Source of the DNA: Candidatus Chlorohelix allophototropha
GTDB lineage: Bacteria; Chloroflexota; Chloroflexia; Chloroheliales; Chloroheliaceae
Assembly: GCF_030389965.1 (NCBI RefSeq)
Contig: NZ_CP128399.1
Location: 2,670,799 to 2,702,798 of the forward strand
Reading direction: 5' to 3'
Length of the DNA: 32,000 nt
Both the position numbers and the translations under genes were made by a program. The first letter of the stretch is position 1, and every line of letters starts with the position of its first letter. A model generated the notes under the pieces. It did not search any database, had not been told where the DNA came from, and saw nothing but the letters and a program-made list of their open reading frames with translations. Below are positions 17,908 to 27,057 of the stretch, piece by piece.

Positions 17908-19767
17908 ATGAAAACTCCACTAATCCGGTTTGTATCAATCCTTCTTTTTACCGCGCTGTTGTTACCCCTTGTTACGCAACCAGTTTCTGCCACACAACCT
18001 TTTAAAATTTGGGAAGCAACCGCACTGGTTCTCAAGAATAGCGAGTCATATTGCCTTGATACCGGGCAACCGAATCGTATGCTGGTTTATCAGTATGACG
18101 CAACCACTACCACTTTAAAAGAAACTTATCTGGTTGATTTGAAAACCGGACAACGCACTTTTCTAAATAGCCATGCCTTTTCACAGTGCGCCCCCAACGG
18201 CATAGTTTACGCTGAACCGCAAGACCGCAACGATCCGGGCGTTTTTCGTTACAGTACCACAGAAACGGGCGAATCTAAGCTCGCCTACAAACCCACCTTC
18301 ATTGCGCTCGATGGCAGCCGTTATCTTTACAACTTTACCCCGGTTTCTAACAACGAAAGCCAAAAATCAAAAATTCTGGTGAGCCAAGATGGTGGCTTGA
18401 ACTGGCAAGAGATAGGACAGCAATTTAACGGTATGGTGCGTTCCTTTGTTGTAACCAACAGCGATGCTCGTTCAGCTTACGCGCTAGTACAAGACCCGCA
18501 AACAGGGTCTGATAGTACGCGTAATATTGCAATTTACCTCACTCAGGATGCCGGGGCAAGTTGGAGCAAACGTTTTGAAGGAACCGCGCCCTATGATTTC
18601 TCACGCGCCGGTATTGCGGTTTACCTGACTAATTTGAGCCAGAATCCACAAATACCTGTAAACGTTATCGGGCTTATATATGAGGGAGGTGGATTCGGTT
18701 CCAGCAATGTACGGGAACTAAAAGTATCCGTCAATGGCGCGGCTTCCTTTACCTCGCTAGGCTTCAATAGAATGTCAAGCGCCGTAACAGCTTATTATAG
18801 CAATGGGAAATTGCTACGAATTAGCAAAGGGTATCCTTATAGCCCGGCTAATACCAAACTGGATTATTCAAGTGATGGGGGTGTAAATTGGCAAAATTTG
18901 AGCTTACCGAACGAGTTGGCAAGTGGTAGCGATTATAGTGTTTATTTGCAATTTTACCAATCACCGGTAGTCACATCCAACATCTATGCCAGCCGCAAGG
19001 AGGGCATCTGGATGTCGCCTGATTTGGGGCAATCGTGGCAAAAAATAACCGGAAACCCGCCCGGTCTGGGGCTTATATTTTCACCTTACGCGCCTTCCCG
19101 AATTTATACATTGGGAGAAGACCAACGTTTCTACAGCCTAGATGTTTCCGAATACGACAAATCGCTTACAGCAGTAGCGCCTGATAACGACCTTTCCGGC
19201 GAGAATTTCTTTTTCCCTCAAACCGGGCATAACCTGAACGGGATATTCAAACAATACTGGCGGGACAAAGGTGGGCTAATGCAATTCGGTTACCCTCGCA
19301 CAGAGCCTTTCTATGAGGTCAATCCCGCCGATGGCAAAATCTATCTAGCGCAGTATTTCGAGCGCAACCGTTTTGAATACCATCCCGAATTGTCCGGGAC
19401 TCCCTACGAAGTGATGTTTGGTTTGCTGGGCAACCAGCTAACGGAACCGTTACGCCAAGCCGGGCATGGGGCATTCAACCGCTTCGAGGATATGCACTAT
19501 CCGAACGCAACATGGTTCCCCGAAACCGGGCATAACCTACGCAACTCTTTTAAAGGTTACTGGGAAAGTCACGGTGGACTGTTTATGTATGGCTATCCTA
19601 TCAGCGAGGAATATTACGAGCTTAACCCGGATGACGGTAAAAGCTACGTGGTACAATACTTTGAGCGGGCGCGCCTTGAATGGCATCCTGAGTTAAGCGG
19701 AACTCCATTTGGGGTGTTGATGGGCTTGCTGGGCAACGCTCTATTAAGAAACAAAGAGTGGCTATAA
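17908..19767 (+). CDS. Secreted BNR/sialidase-like beta-propeller protein with two C-terminal about 79-aa repeats
   Basis: Signal peptide MKTPLIRFVSILLFTALLLPLVTQPVSA; BNR-like 'ILVSQDGGLNWQEIG', 'YLTQDAGASWSKRF', 'YSSDGGVNWQNLS', 'WMSPDLGQSWQKIT'; GAGG before ATG 17908. Confidence 0.8.
   Translation: MKTPLIRFVSILLFTALLLPLVTQPVSATQPFKIWEATALVLKNSESYCLDTGQPNRMLVYQYDATTTTLKETYLVDLKTGQRTFLNSHAFSQCAPNGIVYAEPQDRNDPGVFRYSTTETGESKLAYKPTFIALDGSRYLYNFTPVSNNESQKSKILVSQDGGLNWQEIGQQFNGMVRSFVVTNSDARSAYALVQDPQTGSDSTRNIAIYLTQDAGASWSKRFEGTAPYDFSRAGIAVYLTNLSQNPQIPVNVIGLIYEGGGFGSSNVRELKVSVNGAASFTSLGFNRMSSAVTAYYSNGKLLRISKGYPYSPANTKLDYSSDGGVNWQNLSLPNELASGSDYSVYLQFYQSPVVTSNIYASRKEGIWMSPDLGQSWQKITGNPPGLGLIFSPYAPSRIYTLGEDQRFYSLDVSEYDKSLTAVAPDNDLSGENFFFPQTGHNLNGIFKQYWRDKGGLMQFGYPRTEPFYEVNPADGKIYLAQYFERNRFEYHPELSGTPYEVMFGLLGNQLTEPLRQAGHGAFNRFEDMHYPNATWFPETGHNLRNSFKGYWESHGGLFMYGYPISEEYYELNPDDGKSYVVQYFERARLEWHPELSGTPFGVLMGLLGNALLRNKEWL
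19210..19749 (+). repeat. Two in-frame protein repeats (period 101 codons) 'FFPQTGHNLNGIFKQYWRDKGGLMQFGYPRTEPFYEVNPADGKIYLAQYFERNRFEYHPELSGTPYEVMFGLLGN' / 'WFPETGHNLRNSFKGYWESHGGLFMYGYPISEEYYELNPDDGKSYVVQYFERARLEWHPELSGTPFGVLMGLLGN'
   Basis: Repeat starts at 19210 and 19513; aligned by eye without gaps. Confidence 0.9.
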
Positions 19768-19782
19768 ATAACGCAATTAAAA

Positions 19783-19814
19783 ACCCCTCTCCTTTTTACA
19801 GAAGAGGGGTTTTG
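19783..19814. terminator. Bidirectional terminator between convergent genes
   Basis: ACCCCTCT (19783-19790) / AGAGGGGT (19803-19810) flanked by AAAA and TTTT. Confidence 0.85.
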
Positions 19815-19840
19815 TTATTTCAAAGATAACTTGTGCTGGA

Positions 19841-22795
19841 CTAGGATTTCCCGGTCTTTACACAAGTCATTACGTCTCGCCCAGCGTTGGCTACTATCTC
19901 TCTACCAGTAAAGTGGTGGACATAGAGACCAAATAAGGTGACCCCGTTCAATTTCAAACCATCTAACTGCATTGAACCGGGTAATAAAACGCCATTACCA
20001 TCTAGCTCCACACCGGGACCAGTTGAGCAACTACCAACAATAGTTGTGCCTTGATTGACGGTGGCGAAAGCAGCAGTAGGACTTGTTATAGTAACCTTGG
20101 TTACACTAAAGGTTATTATTTTATTGGTAGCGCTACCATTAGCTTGTGCAATTGCCCAAGATAATGTATTGGCGGTATTACCAGTACCGTCGTCAGTTCC
20201 TACACTCACAACCCACGGCGTAGCGCCCGGTGTGGTAAGTACACCCGCTTGTGGAGAAGGATCTGAAGCTCCATCGGATGTTGGCGCTGAAGCACGTACA
20301 AGGCTTGAATTAATTGCTTTTACCCGATATAGGTACAATTTACCAGCAGTTAGCCCGGTATCGCTGAACGTGGTAGTGGTTGGGCGACTGGCAGGGTTGC
20401 TAACTTCCGCCCAGCCTGAACTTACACCTACTTGCATACGCTCTACCACATAACTACTAGGAGAACCAGAGGGAGCAGTCCAATTCACCGTTAGAGTGGT
20501 GCCAGTAACACTTGTAAAGTTAACCGCTGTGGGCGGTGCAAAGGCAGTAGTAGCAGCGACAGACCCCGATGCGGTGCCGTTGCCAGACGAAAAACCTTGT
20601 ATCTGAATATTGTAGTTTGTGTTAGCGGCAAGACCGGTTGCTAAAAAACTGTCGGTCGCACCCGTGCCGGCAAGAGGCCCTACGCTAAAGGTAAGAACCG
20701 GAGAAGCGCCGATTTGGAAGATGATTCTATAACCGTCTTCAAAAGTTGAGTTATCAGTCCACTGAACCAATTCTTGACTGCTACCACGAGAAGCGGCAAT
20801 CACATTATTCGGGGCGGTAGGCGCTATTTCTGAGTACACAATATTGGAGTAATCAGAATAGATAGTGCCTTCCGTTGAGCTAGGAGCGGTTTCATAAGCC
20901 TTTACGCGGTAAAGGAAACAACACCCACCAGCCAAAGCGCTATCAGGATAACTGGTAACGTCACTTTGAGAAGGTCCTATTTGTGAAAAAACAGGGGGAG
21001 ACGTTAAAGTGCTACGCTCAACAATGTATCCTGTATTATGTGTTGAATTATCAGTCCAACCCACAGTAATAGAACTCGCAGTGGAAGTGACAGGTTGTAG
21101 ATTGGAAGGCGCATTCAGCACTGTAAATTGATGGGCAGAAGAAGAGACTAGATCACCTGCAGGCGCTCCCAACGCCGTCACCTGATATTCGTAGCCTGTA
21201 CCTTCTGATAAGCTCGTGTCATCAAAGCTGGTTTTTGTGTTGCCAGTAAAGGGACTGCCGGTTACCGATGTCCAAGTACCACCTGCCGGGTAAGGGCGAC
21301 GTTCAACTTTAATGCTTGTCGCGTTAGGCGAATTATTTTGCCAAGACAGAGTCAGAGAAGAATTTGTTACATTAGAGAAAGTCAGGTTCGAGGGTGCAGC
21401 ATCAAAATAGCCACCGCCTGCACCCGTTACTCTTGAAATGTAAAAACGGAAGCCCCCGGAGGTGGTTACTTTCTTACCTGCAATTGTCAGTTGATTATTG
21501 TACCAACCAATGCTGGCTCTATCAATATTGGTACTGGAATCGGCAACACTGCTGTTAACATCGCCGGGACCAAAGGTAACGCCACTATCGCTGGTATACA
21601 GGTAAAAAACCCCGCGAACGTTTACCTGGAAAGCAACATAGACTGAGCCGTCGCCCGTACTCACTGCCGAATAATATTTTATGAGATTATCGTAGTTATT
21701 GGGGTTAACAACATTAAGCGTGCCAGTTACGCAGCTTCTAGTCGGATTATTGATGGGGTTAACAGTATTCCCGGCAGAACCACTCCAGCCGGTTGTTTTG
21801 TCATATTTAATCATGCTGACACAGGTTTTCCCGGCAAAAACAAAGGCGTTGCCCTTGTTATCCACCCCAATACCGGGCCAAGGGGATAAACTTTCGAGGT
21901 TATAAGAATAAATTGGTCCCCATGCTCCACCTATCCGCGCGATTGTTTTGTGACAAGGGAACTTAGTGCCAGTGCTGGTAACCGAATAATCTTCTCCGCA
22001 ACGGTATGCTAAAAACAGGTTACCGTCCTTATCAGCCACCATATTAGGATATCTGAAGAAGGTAGTATCGGTTGGTGAAACCCCAACGCCGGAATTGCCA
22101 TTATTGATGGGGTCATTACCCCAGTTTGGGCTAAGAGCGCTGGTCTCGGTTACATCTATCCGCCAAGTATCACCATAATTTTTTCCGGTTTTGGCGCTAT
22201 AAGCTAGATATAGCTTATCAGGAGCATTCGGATATAAACTGGTGGTAAGTGATACATATTCGCAAATTAAGGCACCACATACATTGTTCATTATTTGTAT
22301 GCGTGAGGAAGGAGCCTCTACATAACTAGAGCCGTTCCAATTATATTTAACATAGTACAGCCTGTTTGATCTGCTATAGACAATGTGAAGGTCGCCACGG
22401 CGATCAAAAGCCCCGCTAAAGTTAGGGTAACTAACTCCACCATTAGGCCATGAGTTTACTTCGACATAACTGCTATAGTTATCATGGCTGGAAAAAAAGA
22501 AAACCCCACCCGTTGCACTAAAACTTATGGGGTTACTGTTAGGATTATCAGAACTGAAAAAGCCCAATACTACAGTATGCCCGGTTACAGGATTAATAAG
22601 AGTCTGTGGAAAATCCAGCGTTGCCATAAGCCCATTGGTAGGGACTTGTGGCTGAGGAGTCCAAGTTACGGCAGCATGGGTCTGGTTTGATGTGCTAAAA
22701 AAAGTGAGAAAACCGAGGAAGGCTATTAGCAAAAAGGCTATACCGCCGATTAAAAGAGTTCGGCGGCTCAAACGAGGCGATTCGGTTCTAACCAT
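19841..22795 (-). CDS. Secreted multi-domain protein: sialidase-like N-terminal region, about 4-5 fibronectin type III domains, short C-terminal beta-helix/'choice-of-anchor Q'-like segment
   Basis: TM/signal 'RRTLLIGGIAFLLIAFLGFLTFFSTSNQTHA'; repeated FN3 pattern 'APSNLQPVTSTASSITVGWTDNSTHNTGYIVERS...'; C-term 'TLSWAIAQANGSATNKIITFSVTKVTITSPTAAFATVNQGTTIVGSC..GPGVELDGNG'. Confidence 0.8.
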   Translation of the reverse strand: MVRTESPRLSRRTLLIGGIAFLLIAFLGFLTFFSTSNQTHAAVTWTPQPQVPTNGLMATLDFPQTLINPVTGHTVVLGFFSSDNPNSNPISFSATGGVFFFSSHDNYSSYVEVNSWPNGGVSYPNFSGAFDRRGDLHIVYSRSNRLYYVKYNWNGSSYVEAPSSRIQIMNNVCGALICEYVSLTTSLYPNAPDKLYLAYSAKTGKNYGDTWRIDVTETSALSPNWGNDPINNGNSGVGVSPTDTTFFRYPNMVADKDGNLFLAYRCGEDYSVTSTGTKFPCHKTIARIGGAWGPIYSYNLESLSPWPGIGVDNKGNAFVFAGKTCVSMIKYDKTTGWSGSAGNTVNPINNPTRSCVTGTLNVVNPNNYDNLIKYYSAVSTGDGSVYVAFQVNVRGVFYLYTSDSGVTFGPGDVNSSVADSSTNIDRASIGWYNNQLTIAGKKVTTSGGFRFYISRVTGAGGGYFDAAPSNLTFSNVTNSSLTLSWQNNSPNATSIKVERRPYPAGGTWTSVTGSPFTGNTKTSFDDTSLSEGTGYEYQVTALGAPAGDLVSSSAHQFTVLNAPSNLQPVTSTASSITVGWTDNSTHNTGYIVERSTLTSPPVFSQIGPSQSDVTSYPDSALAGGCCFLYRVKAYETAPSSTEGTIYSDYSNIVYSEIAPTAPNNVIAASRGSSQELVQWTDNSTFEDGYRIIFQIGASPVLTFSVGPLAGTGATDSFLATGLAANTNYNIQIQGFSSGNGTASGSVAATTAFAPPTAVNFTSVTGTTLTVNWTAPSGSPSSYVVERMQVGVSSGWAEVSNPASRPTTTTFSDTGLTAGKLYLYRVKAINSSLVRASAPTSDGASDPSPQAGVLTTPGATPWVVSVGTDDGTGNTANTLSWAIAQANGSATNKIITFSVTKVTITSPTAAFATVNQGTTIVGSCSTGPGVELDGNGVLLPGSMQLDGLKLNGVTLFGLYVHHFTGREIVANAGRDVMTCVKTGKS

Positions 22796-23147
22796 TAAAT
22801 AAACTCTCCTCTAAAGGTTGCCACAAATGACAATCTCTGGTAATTCATGCAGTTTGAAGCAGCTTGTGAAATGCAAGCTCAGCCTCATACTACAATCCCT
22901 CTTGGTTCATTTGTACAGGAGCTTTAAAGATCACGATGTCGAGTATATCACAAAGCTAATTTTCAATTATTAGATAGGCTCACAATAAATGCAGCCTACT
23001 TAGTAGTTAATTGTTATTATAACATACCTGAAAAAGCCGGGTTTCACTATAAAATAGGCTGTAAGAACAAAAACAATGCAGATTAGCTAAAAAGTACTAT
23101 GCCACTATTTAGCGATAGGGATATTTCTGAACACTTGTTTATGTAAC

Positions 23148-23177
23148 TTGTCAGCCGGGCAAGCAAACGCTTATAAT
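23148..23177 (+). promoter_or_regulatory. Promoter of metal transport cluster
   Basis: TTGTCA (23148-23153), 18-nt spacer, TATAAT (23172-23177). Confidence 0.65.
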
Positions 23178-23250
23178 ATAATTAACCAGCCTACTATCCA
23201 GTGAAACTACTCAAATCTCATTCTCAGCACATAAGCTCGAGGAAATCCAG

Positions 23251-24567
23251 ATGAATTTAATGTTCTTCAGTTTGCTGGTTGGCAAATCTATACTTGACAG
23301 AAATGGAGAGAAGATTGCCAGCCTTAAAGATTTGATTGTGCGTATAAATCCAATCGTTGGTAAAAGCGAAGAGAAATACCCACCTCTCGCCGGAATATTG
23401 GCGCACTCCAATAGCCGAGAATTCTGGATTCCGGCTTCACAGGTGCAAGAATTTGAGCAAGGTAAAATCAGACTGCATGATGCGAAGGTGAGCCTTGAGC
23501 GATTTGAACGCCGAGATGGCGAAATTCTACTGTACAAGGATGTACTGGATAAACAGTTAGTAGATGTTGAGGGGCGGAGGGTCATTCGGGTAAATGATTT
23601 GGCATTGGGCAATGCTCCCAACGAATTAACGCCCCGTTTGGTAGGAGTAGATATTTCTTTTCAAGCGTTGGTACGGCGCATTTTACCGTTTGGCGGAACC
23701 CCCAGAGTAAGTCGCTTGAGCCGAAATGAAAACCTGCTCGACTGGGCAGATGTAGAGTATTTTGCGAGCAGCGCGCCAAGCGTGCGTCTCAATGTTTCTC
23801 ATGCGCGCTTGGCAAAAATGCATCCGGTGGATATAGCGCGGTTGCTGGACGAGCTTTCCTACGTGCAGGGCGCAGAAATTGTGAACGCCCTTGATGATGA
23901 AACTGCCGCCGATGCGCTTGAAGAGATGAACCCGGATTATGCTGCCGATATTCTGGAAGGTTTGAGCGAAGACCGCGCCGCTGATATTCTGGAAGAGATG
24001 CAGCCGGACGATGCTGCGGATGTTATTGCCGATTTGGACGAAAATAAAGCACAGGCATTATTGGAATTGATGGAAGAAGAAGAATCAGAAGAAGTGCGGG
24101 AACTGTTGGCTTATGATGAGGATGCCGCCGGTGGTATCATGACCAACGATTTCCTGATGTTACCTGATAATCTTGGTGCTTCCGAAGCGCTCCAAACCAT
24201 TCGTGAACTTGAAACCCAACCCGAATTTGTAGATTATATTTATGTGGTTGAACCGGATAGTGAAAAACTGGTGGGTGTAGCAGCGCTTCGGGATGTTGTT
24301 TTCTGCCAACCGCGCACTACCTTACTTTCCGAATTGATTGTACGTAATTATATAAGCATGAAAACCGATTCAAAAGCAGAGGATGCAGCGGCAGTGTTAG
24401 CAGATTACGGCTTTCGTGCCTTACCAGTGCTTAATGAGGAAGGCGAAATCAAAGGTATTATCACGTTTGATGATGCGCTTGATCTAATCTTACCTGAAGA
24501 TTTGCGACGACGACTGCCGAATATTTTTAAGAACCATCGGGGTATGGTAAGTTTCGTCAAAAAATAA
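23251..24567 (+). CDS. Soluble PRC-barrel-like / MgtE_N / CBS-domain protein without MgtE transmembrane domain
   Basis: MgtE_N repeats 'HPVDIARLLDELSYVQGAEIVNALDDETAADALEEMNPDYAADILEGLSEDRAADILEEMQPDDAADVIADL', 'YDEDAAGGIMTNDFLML', two CBS-like motifs, ends without hydrophobic helices. Confidence 0.88.
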   Translation: MNLMFFSLLVGKSILDRNGEKIASLKDLIVRINPIVGKSEEKYPPLAGILAHSNSREFWIPASQVQEFEQGKIRLHDAKVSLERFERRDGEILLYKDVLDKQLVDVEGRRVIRVNDLALGNAPNELTPRLVGVDISFQALVRRILPFGGTPRVSRLSRNENLLDWADVEYFASSAPSVRLNVSHARLAKMHPVDIARLLDELSYVQGAEIVNALDDETAADALEEMNPDYAADILEGLSEDRAADILEEMQPDDAADVIADLDENKAQALLELMEEEESEEVRELLAYDEDAAGGIMTNDFLMLPDNLGASEALQTIRELETQPEFVDYIYVVEPDSEKLVGVAALRDVVFCQPRTTLLSELIVRNYISMKTDSKAEDAAAVLADYGFRALPVLNEEGEIKGIITFDDALDLILPEDLRRRLPNIFKNHRGMVSFVKK

Positions 24568-24579
24568 AAGAAGGGTTTC

Positions 24580-25944
24580 GTGGCAAAAGAAAATCAGGAC
24601 AAGGTAGGGAATGTAATTACAACCCCCAATGAAACACCCGAGAAGAATGAGCCGCGTCCGGTAAGAAAAGGGCGGTTTTTCTTTTTTCTTGGTATGCTCG
24701 GTCCGGGATTAATTGCGGCAAACGCCGGGAATGATGCCGGAGGAATTGCTACCTATAGCCAAATGGGGGCGCAATACGGTTACAACCTCTTATGGGTGAT
24801 GATTGTCATTACCTTCTCACTGGCAGTAGTGCAAGAAATGTGCGCCCGCTTGGGGGCAGCAACCGGTAAGGGCTTAAGTGCGCTGATTCGCGAAAACTTC
24901 AGCATTCGCTGGACTACTTTCCTCATGTTGGCGCTCCTGATTGCCAATGCCGGAACAACAATTTCAGACTTTATCGGTATCGCCGCCGCGATGGGCATCT
25001 TCGGTGTGCCTGCGTGGATTAGCGCGCCGGTTGCCGGGTTAACGCTGTGGTTCTTCATTGCACGCGGTTCTTATGGTAGAGCCGAAAAAATCTTCCTGTT
25101 TATGACCTTTGCCTTTTTTGCTTATGTATTCGCCGCAATTGTAGGGCATCCTAATTGGGGCGAAGTTGCTACCCACGCCCTTACCCCAACCATAAAAAGT
25201 GATAGCGCTTATATTCAGACCATTATGGCGGCAATAGGTACAACCATTACCCCCTATATGCAATTGTTTTTGCAAAGCGCGGTGGTGGAAAAAGGGGTGA
25301 CGATGCGAGATTATGGCTACCAGAGATTGGAAGTTTATCTAGGGTCTATCTTCTCAAATACAATCTCCGCCTTTATTATAATTGCTTGCGGCGCCACTAT
25401 TTTTATGAGCAGCCCGATTATAAACGGTGAGCATCAGGGCGTGGAAATAAATACCGCCAGTGATGCAGCCAAAGCGCTTGAGCCGCTTTTGGGTAGCTAT
25501 GCTACGCAGGTGTTCGCGTTAGGTTTATTGGGCGCATCGCTACTTGCCAGTGGCGTGTTACCGCTGGCTACTTCTTATTCGATTTGTGAAGCATTCGGTT
25601 TCGAGAACGGCATTTCCTTCAAATGGAAGGAAGCGCCCGTCTTTTGGAGTATTTTTACCTTCCTGATAGTCGCCGGGGTGGGTGTCACTATTATCCCCGG
25701 AGTTTTGAATTATACCGTAGCGATATTGCTCATAATCCAGATTGTCAACGGTATGATTTTACCCTTAATACTGGTAGCTATTTTGTTGCTCATCAACAAA
25801 AAATCCTTAATGGGTAAATATATCAATGGTAAAATTTACAACATAATAGCGTGGACAACCGCTGTAGGCGTGGGAATTCTTTCAATTATACTCCTGACCG
25901 TGACTGTTTTTGGACTCTTCAATGTAAACATATTGCCTTCATAG
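24580..25944 (+). CDS. NRAMP-family divalent metal transporter with non-canonical binding-site motifs
   Basis: 'LGPGLIAANAGNDAGGIATYSQMGAQYGYNLLWVMI' (TM1) and 'GTTITPYMQLFLQSAVVEKGV' (TM6); multi-TM. Confidence 0.88.
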   Translation: MAKENQDKVGNVITTPNETPEKNEPRPVRKGRFFFFLGMLGPGLIAANAGNDAGGIATYSQMGAQYGYNLLWVMIVITFSLAVVQEMCARLGAATGKGLSALIRENFSIRWTTFLMLALLIANAGTTISDFIGIAAAMGIFGVPAWISAPVAGLTLWFFIARGSYGRAEKIFLFMTFAFFAYVFAAIVGHPNWGEVATHALTPTIKSDSAYIQTIMAAIGTTITPYMQLFLQSAVVEKGVTMRDYGYQRLEVYLGSIFSNTISAFIIIACGATIFMSSPIINGEHQGVEINTASDAAKALEPLLGSYATQVFALGLLGASLLASGVLPLATSYSICEAFGFENGISFKWKEAPVFWSIFTFLIVAGVGVTIIPGVLNYTVAILLIIQIVNGMILPLILVAILLLINKKSLMGKYINGKIYNIIAWTTAVGVGILSIILLTVTVFGLFNVNILPS

Positions 25945-26026
25945 CAAGGTATAATCAAAAATGGGTATTCCCCCCTTTTTCAGCGGTTTCTAATAACTTT
26001 ACCCTCAATCTAATGGAGTAAAGCGT

Positions 26027-27004
26027 GTGATAAAAGCCTTAGTAGCGGATACGCAGACTCATAACTCCCGCAATTTTCAAGATTTGGATAAGATTAGCGA
26101 CTTGTTGAGCGACTCTGCTAATTTTTTCTGGCTCGACCTCTCTTCCCCCTCGGAGGAAGAGTTAAATATGGTGGCAAAGGAATTCAACTTCCACCATTTA
26201 GCCATGGAAGATGTCACTCATCGTCTCCAACGCCCCAAGATTGAAGAATACGAAAACTATTTTCTGGGAATCTTTTACTCTATCAGTTTGAAGGATGAAT
26301 TTAAGGAACTAGTTTTCCATGAATTAGCCTTTTTTATCGGGGCAAATTATTTGGTAACTATACATTATGAGCCAATTCCTGAATTGGCAGAAGCAGAGGC
26401 GCGCTGGAAACGTAACAATGTGCAGACAGTCAAAATGATAGGACCAGTTGTCTATGCCATGCTTGATACGTTGGTAGATAACTATTTTCCGATTATGGAT
26501 AAAATGGTGGATTATGCCGAAGAGTTAGAGGATGATATTTTTCAAGGCAATGGCATGCACACCAAAGTAACCGGCAAACTGTTAGAGCTTAAAAAGTTGT
26601 TTTTGCAAATGCGCCGGATAATAGCGCCTGAACGTGATATTCTCAATGTGCTGACCAATCGCGATAACCGGATTTTTGGCGACGATGCCCTGTTTTACTT
26701 CCGGGATGTTTATGACCACCTAACGCGGGTCACCGATACCCTTGACCTATACCGCGACCAGATTGGTAGCACTATGGAAGCAAATCTATCGGTTGCGTCA
26801 AACGATCTCAATAGCGTGATGCGTACTCTTACTGCTTTTTCCATTATCCTTATGACCGATGCCCTGATAAGCGGGATATATGGGATGAATTTTGAGAATA
26901 TACCCGAACTCAAATGGAGTTTCGGCTACTATGGCGCGTTATCTTTAATGGTGGGCATCACCGTAGGGCTTGTATTTTATTTCAAAAGAAAGAAATGGCT
27001 TTGA
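26027..27004 (+). CDS. corA: CorA-family magnesium/divalent cation transporter
   Basis: C-terminal 'LTAFSIILMTDALISGIYGMNFENIPELKWSFGYYGALSLMV' containing the GMN motif; GTG start preceded by TGGAG. Confidence 0.93.
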   Translation: MIKALVADTQTHNSRNFQDLDKISDLLSDSANFFWLDLSSPSEEELNMVAKEFNFHHLAMEDVTHRLQRPKIEEYENYFLGIFYSISLKDEFKELVFHELAFFIGANYLVTIHYEPIPELAEAEARWKRNNVQTVKMIGPVVYAMLDTLVDNYFPIMDKMVDYAEELEDDIFQGNGMHTKVTGKLLELKKLFLQMRRIIAPERDILNVLTNRDNRIFGDDALFYFRDVYDHLTRVTDTLDLYRDQIGSTMEANLSVASNDLNSVMRTLTAFSIILMTDALISGIYGMNFENIPELKWSFGYYGALSLMVGITVGLVFYFKRKKWL

Positions 27005-27025
27005 GTAATTGCGTCTTTACTCGAT

Positions 27026-27057
27026 AACAGGATGCACACCTGTTCTTTTTCATTTTT
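27026..27057 (+). terminator. Rho-independent terminator after corA (overlaps 3' end of convergent gene)
   Basis: AACAGG (27026-27031) / CCTGTT (27039-27044), then CTTTTTCATTTTTT. Confidence 0.65.

Noticed and set aside
22796-23250. Possible Mg2+ riboswitch (M-box/ykoK) before the metal transporter cluster
   Set aside because: The putative TSS (about 23184) leaves only a leader of about 67 nt, too short for an M-box, and no matching conserved structure was evident.
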